The notes under the pieces are model-generated. The model worked only from the letters and a program-made list of their open reading frames with translations. It searched no databases and was not told the origin of the DNA. A DNA stretch of 64,000 bases from Octopus sinensis (lineage: Eukaryota): assembly GCF_006345805.1 (NCBI RefSeq), contig NC_043008.1, positions 49,042,001-49,106,000 on the forward strand, given 5' to 3'. The translations under genes were made by a program, and so were the position numbers. This document shows, piece by piece, positions 39,501 to 50,020 of the stretch; positions within the stretch are counted from its first letter, which is position 1, and each line of letters begins with the position of its first letter.

Positions 39501-41901
39501 GTGTACATGAGACAAATAATTAATTTTATTCATTCTCTCATATTTTAATCAAATTTTTGCAGAGGCTACGAAGACCACTGAATTCCCTTCTGCTCCGTTT
39601 ACCGATGATGGCGCCAGCAAGAAGCCGGATGAAGGTGATGAGCGTCAACGTTCTACGATTCTTGTACAGAAACTGGAAAGAGAGATAAAAAGAGTTGAAC
39701 TGTGGAAGAGGCTCTACTTCCATAAACGGTGCCAATCAAATGATTCCAGCCATTCACAGAATCCCAGAGACGTGAAAAGTTTAAATGATTTGTTAAAAGA
39801 ATTGTCATTTACAGCTTTGAACTTCTCTGGCAACGGCACTTTAACTTTAGAAGCCGTAAAAGAACTTATGTCATCTTCAGTTGTGGAACTGTCACAGAAG
39901 GCTCAAAATTGGAAAAATTACATCTCTGAGAAACTTCAGAACTTTACAGCAGAAAGTCAAAATTGGAAGAAGCAACAAAAACAAAAGGGAAAATCCAGAC
40001 CCCCATTTAGAAACCTTGATATGTACGCTCAAAAAATGTTGAACAAACTCCATGCTACGAAAGAAAAATTACAAAATAAATTTCACAAGACTCTTGGTAA
40101 AATCAGTAGTAAATTAGATAGTTTTTTGTCAAAGAATAATCTTGGAAGTTTCTTTAATCTGCGCAAACCCGAACCAATTGAAAAACCTACCCAGATGGAA
40201 GCTAAAACAACGCTGGGACAATACGAAGGAAAAGACTATCGTAGAAGAACAGAGGGGGGTGAAAGATCAATTGGGATTAAGAAATCCATTTCTAAAGAAA
40301 ATAGTCTTCAGCATGATAAATATAAGGAAAATGGGAAGAATCCAAGACGGAACATACATGTGGTTAATTTAAGAAAGGAAACATCTTTCAGTAATGAATA
40401 CAATAGAGAAAGATCTTTGAATAATGAAGATAATAAGGTAAGTTCTTTGACTAATGAAGGCAATAAGGAAAATTCTTGGAATAATGACTATAATGCTAAT
40501 TTTCAGATATTTTCACCTGAAAACATTGATGAACTGAAGAAAAGCAAAGATGAGAGTCACCGACAAAATTTAGGCAAAAACTTTAAGGAAACTGATAAGA
40601 AACACAAAGATGGAAGTAAGAAAAAGGATCATTTAAATAAAGGGAAAAATAGGGAGTTTCATAAACAGGAGAAAAGGGAAAAGAGACGATTGTCAAATAA
40701 AGAAGAAGGTCCCCATTCTCATAAAGACACAATTACAAAACAGGAACATAAACGGAAGAATAAAAATAACGAAAAAGTGCGATTATATAAACTGAATGGA
40801 AAGAAAAAAGCCAGTTTCCAAGTTAAAGAACAAAAAGACCACTTTGGTAAGCAGAATGGTAAGCGAAAGAAACGTCCAGGTAGGCAGACAATTAAAGGTA
40901 AATATCAAAGTGAGAATTTTGAAAGAAAACAAATTAAAAAGAAAAGGAGATCAGATCCAAACAGGAAAATGTTCCAGACTCAAGGCAAGCACAAATTCCA
41001 AAGATTTTCCCGGAAATCTTCACGTAATAAAGAACTACATCGAGAATATTCTAGAAAATGGTCATCAAAGCGTTCCCATAATTTAGGTGGAAAGCAGCAT
41101 TTGAAGTGCAGGAAACGGTTGAGTAACATTGCAAAGAGAATCAACAGAGTCTCAGAGGAGGACTTCACCTTTATGAAGCATCACAAAATCAGGCAACTCG
41201 CTTTTACGTTGTTCCATTACAACAAAGATTGTCTTCGAGAAACGGTCGAGTCTCAGCAGCTGTGGCCCATGTGCCAGCAGATTTGGTGGTCCCTCTGTTG
41301 GCAAGGATTGCTGATTGCTAACCCTCCCAACTCACTGTGTTACAGACATTTGTTACCATGGCAATTGGCTGTAACTGCGTCTCCGGCCAGTTATGTTGGG
41401 TGCGAAAGGTGTGGATGCTTCTACTGGTCGGTACACTTTAATGACACGTCTTCTGGGGAATCGGAGGAGAATTTCAGCTGTCAAAAAATAGAGTAAGCTG
41501 AACAATTTTCTACTGTATTCTTCTGTTTGCGAGTTTTGAGAAGCTGTTTCTAGTGTATATTTTATGTGTGTGCCTGTGTATTAATATACATATATATACA
41601 TATGCCAGTGCTGCTGGACTGACTCCTGTGCAGGTGGCACGTAAAAACACCATTTTCGAGTGTGGCTGTTGCCAGTACCACCAGGCTGGCCCTCGTGCCG
41701 GTGGCACTTTAAAAGCACTCACTACACTCTCGGAGTGGTTGGTGTTAGGAACTGCATCCAGCTGTAGAAACTCTGCCAGATCAAGATTGGAGCCTGGTGC
41801 AGCCATCTGGTTCGCCAGTCCTCAGTCAAATCGTCCAACCCATGCCAGCATGGAAAGTGGACGTTAAACGATTATGATGATATTTATATATATACATATA
41901 C

Positions 41902-41947
<46 letters not shown>

Positions 41948-43033
41948 GGTAGACAGATAAATAGCTAGATGGATATATATATATATAAATAGGTAGGTAG
42001 AGAGATAGATAGATAGATAGACAAACAAACGTACAGATAGATAGATAGATATAACATGAGTCTTTGACTGCTCTCCCTTATTAACATGTGTTGGAAGGAT
42101 TGTCACAGACAGTGCCAGTCTCTCTTGTGTTTCAATTATGGGTTTAGTTTCTCTATGGCTGGATGCTATTCTGTCATGGCACCAACACCAGAGAGGTCGT
42201 CACGTACCCCAGCAAGACCAGATTAAAGTATCCTCTCCCTCTTGTTTCTTCTCTGCTCATTCTACAGTCACTTTCTAGAGTCTATTGGTTGCCATTTTAT
42301 GTTGGCACCAGCACTGATGAAGTGCCTGGACTCTACAAAACAGGAAAAGGGTCCTCACTGCTGAATTGTGTCACTGTTTGTTGTGGGTAATCCACAGTGG
42401 GGGTTATTGAAGAGAGCATTTGCAGGAGATGAGTGATGGTGAGATGAAGGAAGAGGTGTGAGTATGAAGGGGGAAATAGGGATGGGTGGAGGAACAGTTT
42501 GGAAGAAGAAAGGGAGAGAGAGAGATGGGTGTAAGGTGCTATGCAGTGGGATTGAAACTGAAGCCACGTTACAGAATGATACACGTACACACGTATGCCT
42601 GCAAACATACATCCACTCACACACACACACACAAACGCACTCATGAAGTCACCCATACACATCCAGTCACAGTCGTGTATTCATACACACACAAGCACAC
42701 ACACACACACACATACACACTTGCACAATCATATATATATATCCACTCTCATACACACACAGACACCCACACACACACTGTGATCAAAGACCAGATACTC
42801 TTAGAATCTTCAAGATTTTCCCAAATCTGATCTTTTACAGTTGCAGTAATAACTTTGGCAGCAGACAACAGCAGAGAATTTTGAAGAACAAAATGCCAAT
42901 GTCTGGAATGTGGTACTTCAAAGAAGACAGTTGGCGGCATTATAACGGCATGGAACCAACATTGGAAGAGAAGACCAATTGGTACATAAAGATGATGGAA
43001 GCAAGACAGAACCAACACCAACAGATGCAGTGA
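14923..43033 (+). CDS. CCPG1: CCPG1/PBXIP1-family type II ER membrane protein (putative ER-phagy receptor), 10 coding exons, about 1104 aa
   Basis: Hand-spliced exons 14923-14979, 15465-15597, 16848-17046, 18851-18900, 31895-32017, 33630-33935, 35662-35714, 37185-37455, 39563-41492 and 42841-43033. All are GT-AG with matching phases (0,1,2,1,1,1,0,1,2) and sum to 3315 nt. Similarities to human CCPG1, recalled from memory: DTWTYLTHSG vs CGWTVISHEG; TM ending HYYYG vs HFYG; KLEREIKRVELWKRLY vs LERKLTFEQQRSDLWERLY. Confidence 0.8.
15465..15597 (+). CDS. CCPG1: CCPG1-like coding exon 2 (ALNPDLGSLSSSSIEFIQDD...ADNK)
   Basis: Polypyrimidine tract plus tcag acceptor; donor GTACTG; phase 0 to 1; open frame. 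Confidence 0.8.
15899..16262 (-). mobile_element. 5-prime-truncated CR1/L2-type LINE end
   Basis: GDLILAHNIISGKCNLSKELFF...RGHSEKLYLR*FHLNRKKGTFSVRVADPWNKLPDEIV...FKVSLD; (TAAC)n-like tail. Confidence 0.8.
16280..16692 (-). mobile_element. LINE-tail or SINE repeat with (GAT)n tail and an internal 67-bp tandem array
   Basis: ggatgcccttcctaacgccaaccact family; unit starts at 16509, 16576 and 16643 (67-bp period). Confidence 0.65.
16848..17046 (+). CDS. CCPG1: CCPG1-like coding exon 3 (acidic poly-Glu, DPIEFIDF)
   Basis: tttcag acceptor; donor GTAGGT; phase 1 to 2. Confidence 0.8.
17158..17384 (+). mobile_element. piggyBac-like MITE, second family
   Basis: TTAACCCTTTAG...CTAAAGGGTTAA; related copies at about 6675-6898 and 24994-25246. 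Confidence 0.75.
17385..17600 (+). mobile_element. tRNA-derived SINE (ggcaagctggcagaaacgttagc family)
   Basis: B box gagttcaaattc; tail aaagtaccag...gtagaaaggattatt; relatives at 17635, 30065, 56640, 59365 and 61285. Confidence 0.65.
17962..18006 (-). ncRNA. Minimal type I hammerhead motif (AUA triplet)
   Basis: Reverse complement tctgtg-CTGATGA-a-ggg(aaataa)ccc-g-GAAAT-caca-ATA-cacaga. Confidence 0.5.
18107..18147 (+). ncRNA. Minimal type I hammerhead ribozyme motif (GUC triplet)
   Basis: ccaga-CTGATGA-tgag(caagga)ctct-GAAAC-ta-GTC-tctgg; perfect stem I; helix III palindrome ACTAGT; U-U mismatch at 10.1/11.1. Confidence 0.65.
18338..18450 (+). mobile_element. tRNA-derived SINE (ggagtggctgtgtggtaagtagcttgc family)
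   Basis: A and B box-like motifs; more than 10 relatives (e.g. 3950-4113, 7320-7480, 10670-10820, 13165-13305, 34640-34800, 57400-57555). Confidence 0.65.
18851..18900 (+). CDS. CCPG1: CCPG1-like coding exon 4 (DSSESVTVLSVPNSDI)
   Basis: Long T tract plus tttcag; donor GTAAGC; phase 2 to 1. Confidence 0.75.
19110..19440 (+). mobile_element. tRNA-derived SINE, long family
   Basis: A box ggctcagtgg, B box gagtttgaatccc, gtgttcttgagcaagacactt domain; relatives at about 22780-23100, 28545-28930, 36345-37075, 51830-52330 and 63350-63675. Confidence 0.7.
21726..22082. mobile_element. Inverted pair of the same PLE-like core
   Basis: Minus copy at about 21726-21918 directly joined to a plus copy at about 21919-22082. 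Confidence 0.6.
23387..24002 (+). mobile_element. Internally deleted mariner element containing a SINE fragment
   Basis: TIRs tatgaagtctgattaaaaagt / actttttcatcagacctcata; remnants ILKTVITSNDSWFYGYDAKTKAQSSQW and EFQECFQQW...KGDNFEGD*. Confidence 0.7.
24994..25246 (+). mobile_element. piggyBac-like MITE, second family, degraded copy
   Basis: ctaaccctttagc...gctaaggagttaa; interior similar to 17158-17384. Confidence 0.6.
25702..26240 (-). pseudogene. Mariner DD34D transposase C-terminal remnant
   Basis: LQDNA*PHVAQRTLLKLQELNLEVLCHPPYSPDLAPTDFHIFQALDNFL; YSPDLAP motif; in-frame stop. Confidence 0.85.
27215..27260 (-). ncRNA. Inactivated hammerhead motif, same family as 27968-28013
   Basis: Reverse complement gacac-CTGATGA-agggtg...cagcc-AAAAC-GCT-gtgtt; G12 and U16.1 are mutated. 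Confidence 0.45.
27340..27905. mobile_element. About 570-bp non-coding element flanked by (TAA)n; second copy in opposite orientation at 32150-32735
   Basis: The two copies are near-identical reverse complements; both sit in TAA/TTA repeats. Confidence 0.7.
27968..28013 (+). ncRNA. Minimal type I hammerhead motif with extra A after the core (GUU triplet)
   Basis: gacac-CTGATGA-a-ggttg(gagggtatat)cagcc-GAAAT-GTT-gtgtt. Confidence 0.55.
29835..30070. repeat. (TTA)n microsatellite
   Basis: Direct inspection. Confidence 0.95.
30180..30412 (-). mobile_element. Shorter copy of the same CR1-type LINE end
   Basis: Highly similar to 15899-16130. Confidence 0.75.
30995..31345 (-). mobile_element. 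Interspersed repeat, possibly a solo LTR; copy in opposite orientation at 57940-58300
   Basis: Reverse complement match to 57940-58300, including tgtcacgtgaca and the TATA-like ggtatttaaaggg. Confidence 0.45.
31895..32017 (+). CDS. CCPG1: CCPG1-like coding exon 5 (DSDFELLNQQ...RNS)
   Basis: T tract plus caag acceptor; donor GTGAGA; phase 1 to 1. Confidence 0.75.
32150..32735. mobile_element. About 570-bp (TAA)n-flanked element, copy 2
   Basis: Reverse complement of 27340-27905. Confidence 0.7.
33630..33935 (+). CDS. CCPG1: CCPG1-like coding exon 6, contains TM helix GFLIFLVLALGALHAISTHYYY
   Basis: tttcag acceptor; donor GTAAAG; 306 nt, phase 1 to 1; single hydrophobic segment. Confidence 0.85.
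34107..34334 (+). mobile_element. piggyBac-like MITE, solo copy
   Basis: TTAACCCTTTCGTTA...TAACGAAAGGGTTAA. Confidence 0.8.
35662..35714 (+). CDS. CCPG1: CCPG1-like coding exon 7 (GDNHFNIATDDPNLIQQM)
   Basis: ttttcag acceptor; donor GTACGT; phase 1 to 0 bridges exons 6 and 8 exactly. Confidence 0.8.
37185..37455 (+). CDS. CCPG1: CCPG1-like coding exon 8, luminal coiled coil (ETVYQLNEQNKLL...VELRQDI)
   Basis: T tract plus acag acceptor; donor GTAAGC; heptad-like Leu periodicity; phase 0 to 1. Confidence 0.85.
37873..37975 (+). mobile_element. Very short tRNA-derived SINE (head plus AAT tail)
   Basis: A box tggcgtagtgg, B box gagttcaattcc, then gcagtgacctgaa and (AAC/AAT)n. Confidence 0.5.
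38242..38287 (+). ncRNA. Minimal hammerhead motif, same family as 27968-28013
   Basis: gacac-CTGATGA-a-ggctg(gagggtatat)cagct-GAAAT-GTT-gtgtt. Confidence 0.55.
39563..41492 (+). CDS. CCPG1: CCPG1-like coding exon 9 (1930 nt; ELWKRLY motif, Lys-rich region, Cys-rich tail)
   Basis: ttttgcag acceptor; continuous frame that includes the 574-aa ORF; donor GA/GTAAGC at 41493 (the unspliced read-through stops at TAA 41494-41496). Sequons NFS, NGT, NFT and NDT fit a luminal orientation. Confidence 0.9.
42841..43033 (+). CDS. CCPG1: Probable CCPG1-like terminal exon 10 (DCSNNFGSRQQQRILKNKMPMSGMWYFKEDSW...NWYIKMMEARQNQHQQMQ*)
   Basis: tcttttacag acceptor, phase 2 matching the exon 9 donor; open frame to TGA 43031-43033; followed by about 450 nt of non-repetitive UTR-like sequence. 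Confidence 0.65.
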
Positions 43034-43636
43034 ACCATCACAGCAGTGCTTCATCCGCTGTAATAGCTATGGTGACCACCACCATTGAAAGTACATTTGC
43101 AATGGTTGTGATCAGGCTTATTAGTCAGCCAAATTTTGTCATGATGTACAGTTCCTACATGTTACATGTCATAGTGTTTAATCCTACATGTTTAATTAAC
43201 CATTGAACTAATTATATATGCAAGCTATTTCTGAAAGTAAAAATGTGATGGCATCTGACAGGAATCGCTGTGTCTAAGACAAATGGTAAATGCTCAGGTA
43301 ATCCTGGATGGAAGCTTTATTTGTGGGCAAAGGTGGCGGCATTCTTCTCCTCCTGTGTAATGATTAGACATGCTTTTTTGGTGGCACTCTTACACGCATA
43401 GGGTTCTGATTCCTGTCACATGTTGTCACATTTTGGCTTCTGCAGAATATGTTTCGAGGATATAAGACAATATTTATATATATTTTCTAAAGAAAAAAAA
43501 AATTATTATTACTCTAACAATACACACACACATGTATGTATATATATATATATATATAAGTAGGTATATGCATGTATATCTGTCTGTATACATATATAAA
43601 TGTATATACATTCATATACATATATGTACAGTCATA

Positions 43637-43671
<35 letters not shown>

Positions 43672-44057
43672 AACACATTCACACACACACAGTCTGTGTA
43701 TGTATTGATGTTTATGTATATGTATATTTGTATGTGCATGTATATATATATATATGTATGTATATGCATGTATTTATGTTTGTGTACATATATAAATGTA
43801 TATACATTCATATATATATATAGTCATATATATAATTATCTACACACACACTCTCACACACATACATATATAAACACACACACACACACACACACATGTA
43901 TATGTGTATACATACATATAAATATATAGTTCATTCCTTTCTTTTAACATGGGTTTTCTATTTATTTTTCGTTTCTGAATCTCTAATATTTAAAATTAAA
44001 CTATTAAAACTACTTCCGTCATACATATATACACCTGCACACACTTGTGTGTGTATA

Positions 44058-44621
44058 TACGAAGGTGAGTCAAAAAGTAATGCCATTTTGTTTAGGACAG
44101 GTATAATTACCAACACAGGAACATGTATCACACATCAAAATGAAGCTGGTTCTCTGTGGATCACATCCCTACTTCTCAACATAGTCACACTTTCTCTCAA
44201 TAGCAATGTTCCACCTTCAAATGAGTGCATGTATCCCTGCCCCGTAAAATTCTGTTGACTGTTCTTTGAGCCACTTCTTCACTACAGTTTTCACTTCCTC
44301 ATCACTGGAATAATGTTTGCCTCTCAAACCCTCTATTATGGGGCCGAAGAGATGATAGTCTGAAGGCGCTAAATTATTCCAGTGATGAGGAAGTGAAAAC
44401 TGTAGTCAAGAAGTGACTCAAATAACAGTCAACAGAATTTTACAGGGCAGGGATACATGCTCTCATTTGAAGGTAGAACATTGCTATTGAGAGAAACAGT
44501 GACTTTGTTGAGAAGCAGGGATGTGATCCACAGAGGACCAGCTTCATTTTGATGTATGATACATGTTGGTAATTATACCTGTCCTAAACAAAATGGCATT
44601 ACTTTTTGACTCACCCTCATA
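44058..44621. mobile_element. Mariner-derived foldback element, complete
   Basis: TIRs tacgaaggtgagtcaaaaagtaatgcc / ggcattactttttgactcaccctcata; about 250-bp inverted arms around an about 60-nt spacer. Confidence 0.8.
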
Positions 44622-44999
44622 TACATATATATATATATATGTATGTAGGTATTTGATTTTACACATTGGGTAGTGGGTAAATAATTCTTTCTTGTTCATT
44701 TTCAAGCTTCACCTTTCTTTACTTCAATGGAAGTGTAATAATTTAAGCAACTACGTATTCTTAGAATTATGCTTTCTGCTCATTTTGTGACATGAAGCAA
44801 CAGAATTTGAGGGAAATATTTATTTTTCAAAACAAACATTAAATAAATGAATGTCTCCTTTCATTTATGTGTGTGTGTATATATATATATATATATTGGT
44901 AAAAATGGTAAGATAACAAAAGAAAGAAAGAAACCTCAATATTATGTAAATAGAGGAATTTATCTGTAAATGTAATATGTGACAATTATTTGGTAGCCA

Positions 45000-45062
45000 A
45001 GATAAAACTCTGAGTTTCGGATGCAGAGGTGGAAATCCACATCACCATCTCTTCAGTTATCT
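45000..45062 (-). ncRNA. Type I hammerhead ribozyme motif, antisense copy in the left hairpin arm
   Basis: Reverse complement agataa-CTGAAGA-gatg..gtgg(attt)ccac..catc-c-GAAAC-tcaga-GTT-ttatct; perfect 6-bp stem I. Confidence 0.65.
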
Positions 45063-45100
45063 GCCCATCGGCCTTTTTACATAGCGTTTTTCGAATGGCC

Positions 45101-45163
45101 GGATAACTGAAGAGATGGTGGCGTGGATTTCCTCCTCGGCATCCGAAACTCAGAGTTTTATCT
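45101..45163 (+). ncRNA. Type I hammerhead ribozyme motif (GUU triplet)
   Basis: ggataa-CTGAAGA-gatg...catc-c-GAAAC-tcaga-GTT-ttatct; 6-bp stem I; palindromic helix III ACTC-A-GAGT. Confidence 0.65.
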
Positions 45164-45213
45164 TGGCTACCGAATAATTGTCACATATTACATTTACAGA
45201 TATACAGCAAAAA

Positions 45214-45251
45214 CTGTCTGATGAACGGCAACGAGAAACTCAGAGTAACAG
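45214..45251 (+). ncRNA. Minimal type I hammerhead ribozyme motif (GUA triplet)
   Basis: ctgt-CTGATGA-a-cg(gcaa)cg-a-GAAAC-tcaga-GTA-acag; same helix III as the upstream motif; A-A mismatch at 10.1/11.1. Confidence 0.55.
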
Positions 45252-46143
45252 ATTTTGTTGAATTTTCTGCTGCTTAAAATAAAGTATATATATATATATA
45301 TATTATATATACACACATACACAGAAATTTCCAAAGCAAAATAGACATTCTACATTGTACAGTTCTGTCCGAGTGGACACTTCTCGTTTAGTACAGTTAC
45401 AGTGCACAAATGAGTCGAATAGTTAAAAACTGCACAGAGCATGTCTACTAATTACTTGATTAAGTATCTAATTGCATCACATGACATTAGATTGTTTTTT
45501 TTTAGAAATAAACCTTGCCAAACAAAAAAAAATTGTGTCTATTTTACTTTGCAGATATCTGTGTATGTATGCATGCATTTGTGTATGCGTGTCTGTGTGT
45601 GATTACATATATACATATATATTTATATATATATGTGTGTGTGCTTATATAGGATCACTTATACTTTGAGATATATATATATATATATACACATAGACAC
45701 ACATGTATATACACACATATATATACACACATATACATTTATATATATGTACATATATGTCTGTATTTATTTATTTATGTATGTATGTTAGAGGGAGGCC
45801 AAATATTTGGTGGAGTAAAGTAACGAAGGGAAAACTCTGTGGATGGGATTTTGGTGATTCTTTGAGCGCTGCTCTTAAATGTGATGACAACGACTTGACT
45901 CAGTGATGAAAACCTTTTGTCTGGATTATACCTTGCTGTGAAGTGTGCAGAAACGTCTCAGAATTATTGGTGTTTTGTTGATTTATATATATATATATAT
46001 ATATAAATGTGCACACACACACGAACATATGTATCTACATTTGTATATATGTGCATATATATATATACACACACATACAAATATATACGTAAATATATTT
46101 ACATTTATGTATATATACGTGTGTGTATATGTGTGTGTGTGTG

Positions 46144-46174
<31 letters not shown>

Positions 46175-46706
46175 TCACATGTATTTAATATATGTATTGA
46201 ATCCGTTGGTGGGTGGTAAGTCTTGCAGAGTTACCTCCCTGAAATCAGCTGCTGATAAAAACACATACACACACACAACAAAAAAATTCATAACTAATAA
46301 CAATAACAATAATAATGATAATAATAATCCTTTCTTCTCTAGGCACAAGACCTAAAATTGGGGGAGGGAGATAGACGACTAATAATAATAATTATAATGA
46401 TAATAATAATAATGACGATTGCTCTAATTAAAATGCTAACAACAATTAATATCGATGGTGAGAGAGATATTTAAGAGTTGGGTTTGTGTTTCCCATTTGA
46501 ACGTCCTTTATTACTAAAGCAATATTTGAAATAGTATTTAACACACAGCTGTAGACGTCTCTTCAATTTGATGCTCGTTATAAATGTCGGAATGTGCTAC
46601 TAATTAATCAACTATTTTAGTAATTAGTAATGGTATAAATTTAAACTAATCATCTTCTTGCTGTCTTTGACTCTGTGTTGTTTTATGCCGTCTTGTTTTG
46701 CTGTGT

Positions 46707-46745
<39 letters not shown>

Positions 46746-46919
46746 GTATGTATATATGTGTGTGTGTGTGTGTATGTTCTGTTTTATTTTCTGGATTGCA
46801 ACGAAATCCTTCGATTTAGCGCTTAGCTGTTTTTAGTTTGTAGTTTTTTTCATGAGTTTTATTCATCTTTATTGTCCAGATCTAGAACATCTAGATTGAA
46901 GGTCCTTATGACAGCATAC

Positions 46920-47260
<341 letters not shown>

Positions 47261-49399
47261 ATATATAATCGCCAGCTTCTGTCAAACCATCCAACCCATG
47301 CCAGCATGGAAGGTGGAAGTTAAACAATATTTGATGATGATATATATATATATATTACACACATATATATATATGTATACATTGACAATATTAAAGGTAG
47401 CAACAGCATTACCTTTAATTAAATAATTATATTCTGCCTTTTCAGACCAAGATATCTTTCAATTGTGCTGATTAGCGACTGTTGCCATTGGGACCCTACC
47501 ACTATTAAACGGTGCAGTCTCTTCATGGTCTGAACTTGATATCCTTCAGTACGGCCATTCACTGATTTTTCTATTATAAACTCTGTGTATTTTATGCATA
47601 TTTATATATATGTGTGGTATATATCGTTTAATGTACACTGTACTGAAATAAGAGCTAATAGACTCCTGCAGGTTTTGTAACACACCTTGGGTCTCCAAGC
47701 AATATTCATGTGCTCAGAGCCTGAAGATTGCTTGGAGAGAAAGAAAGAAAGAAAGAGAGAGAGAGAGTTGCAATTACACAGATAAACAAATTAGACTCAT
47801 TAAAAGTATGATAATTAAATATATTGAATATAATAGTATGGGTATTGTTTTTCATACCCAAACTATTATACTTAATATATTAAATGTATTTAATGAGTCT
47901 GATTTGTTTGTCAGCGTAATTGCCTCTATACCCACTCAATTTGATCCCTTTTATAGCCTTTCTTTACCTTATGGAATCAGTCTCCTGTAAACATATTCGG
48001 AGTCAAACTGTGAATCTCTTGAGAGCTACTAAGGGTCGTCTATACGGAGAATTTCAGAATCTCTGGATTTCATCTGTGGACTATATATATGTATATATAT
48101 ATCATCATATATATATATGTATGTACATATACAGTGGTAGGCTGGATCTAAAAATATTGGTTGCCAGGAGACTACAAGGGAGCCCACCCGCAACTACAAA
48201 GTTATCATTTGATTTTCTTAATAAAGCATTCTCAAACTTGATGGGGACGGGCCCCTTAGATACTAACATGGGCCCCCGGTATATGGATTCTAATGGCACA
48301 CAGGGGCCCACTTGCCATCAAGTAAACTGGCACCCTGGCCAGTCTGACACTGTATATATATATATATACACACATATATATAGTAAGAAGATAAGAAGTA
48401 CTTATATTGTTTGTTTCTTTTATTTTTACCATTCCTTGAAAGTTGCACCTCAAATCTTCAACAGATTCCTCAATATACAAAACTTCTTGACGTTTTCACC
48501 ATTGATAATTCAAGGATGACATACAGTGTTTTTTTGTTTGTTGTTTTTTTATATTTATTTTTGTTTTTTCGCTCTTATATTTCTAACAGGATCCAATATA
48601 GAAATTCGGATATTTTTTCCCTAATTTTTCAGCCAGTTTGGTTAGATATATATGTGTATATATATATATATTGTCCCTAGCCATACCAGCATAGAAGGCA
48701 GATATTAAAAAATGACGATGATATATATATGTGTGTGCATGCATGTATACACACAAACATACATATGTATACATATGCAATGATGTACCTAATGTATGTA
48801 ATACATGTATATATCTATATGTATATATACATAGATTCAGACACACGCACACACGTTGTGTGCATGTATATATTCATATATATATATATATATATATTAT
48901 ATAATCTGTATATAATATATATATATATATATATATATTATATAGTATATATATATAATATATTTAATATGTCTATATGCATATTGTATGTATATATATA
49001 TTATATAATATATATGTCATATATACTGCCTATCTTTGTGTGTTAGGTTATGGCCAATATCAAACATTCAGTGGGGGGGGGGCAGATGTAATTAGTAATA
49101 AGAACGACCGCAAATTATGATAAATTTAATCTTTTCTTGTTTTTATCATTGTTTTACCATTCTCATACTTGTAAGAACATTTGGTTCATAGAATTCACGA
49201 GAAGGAATTCTTGTTAACTTTCGCAGCCATTAATGTCGATTTGTGTTTGTTTGTTTGTTTGATTGTTTGTTTGTTTCTTCTTTTCATTCCTGTATTTTGC
49301 TGGAATATTCTGTGTGCCTTAAATTTTAGGGTGGATATCTTTGGTCAAGGATAACATCCGTTACCTAAATGTTATTCTTTTTTTTCCACTTATTGTAGA

Positions 49400-49412
49400 A
49401 TATTACATATAT

Positions 49413-49450
<38 letters not shown>

Positions 49451-49582
49451 TACACTCATATATAAGTATATTGTATATATATATACACACACACATATGT
49501 AAGTATATCTATATACAATATATTACATATATGTACGTAAATATGTATATACATATACGTGTGTGTGTGTATATATATATGA

Positions 49583-49613
<31 letters not shown>

Positions 49614-49647
49614 ATATATATATAAATAATATATATATGTATATATA

Positions 49648-49684
<37 letters not shown>

Positions 49685-50020
49685 TATATATATATATATA
49701 TATGTATATATATTATATATATAAGTATTATATATATATATATATATATATAATGTATATATATATATATATATATATATAATGTGTATATAATATATTA
49801 TATGTATATATATGTACATATATATATATAATGTATATATATATATATATATATATAAGGTATATATATATAATATATCATTATATATATATATATATAT
49901 ATTATAATGTGTATATATATATAATATATATATATATATATAATGTATATATATAAATATATATATATATATGTATAATGTATATTATATATATATATAA
50001 TATATATATATATATGTATG
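49400..50020. repeat. Degenerate (TA)n microsatellite
   Basis: Direct inspection. Confidence 0.95.

Larger units (their letters stand above)
44961..45202. repeat. Near-perfect inverted repeat, about 105-bp arms, about 25-nt spacer
   Basis: 44961-45068 is the reverse complement of about 45093-45202 with scattered mismatches. Confidence 0.9.

Noticed and set aside
43230-43440. Minus-strand frame ESEPYACKSATKKACLIITQEEKNAATFAHK*
   Set aside because: Weak acceptor and no partner exons; more simply the 3-prime UTR of the + strand gene.
47400-48650. Non-repeat islands with + strand acceptors (47446, 48465, 48590)
   Set aside because: I could not build a phase-consistent coding model on either strand and recognised no motif; they may be UTR exons.
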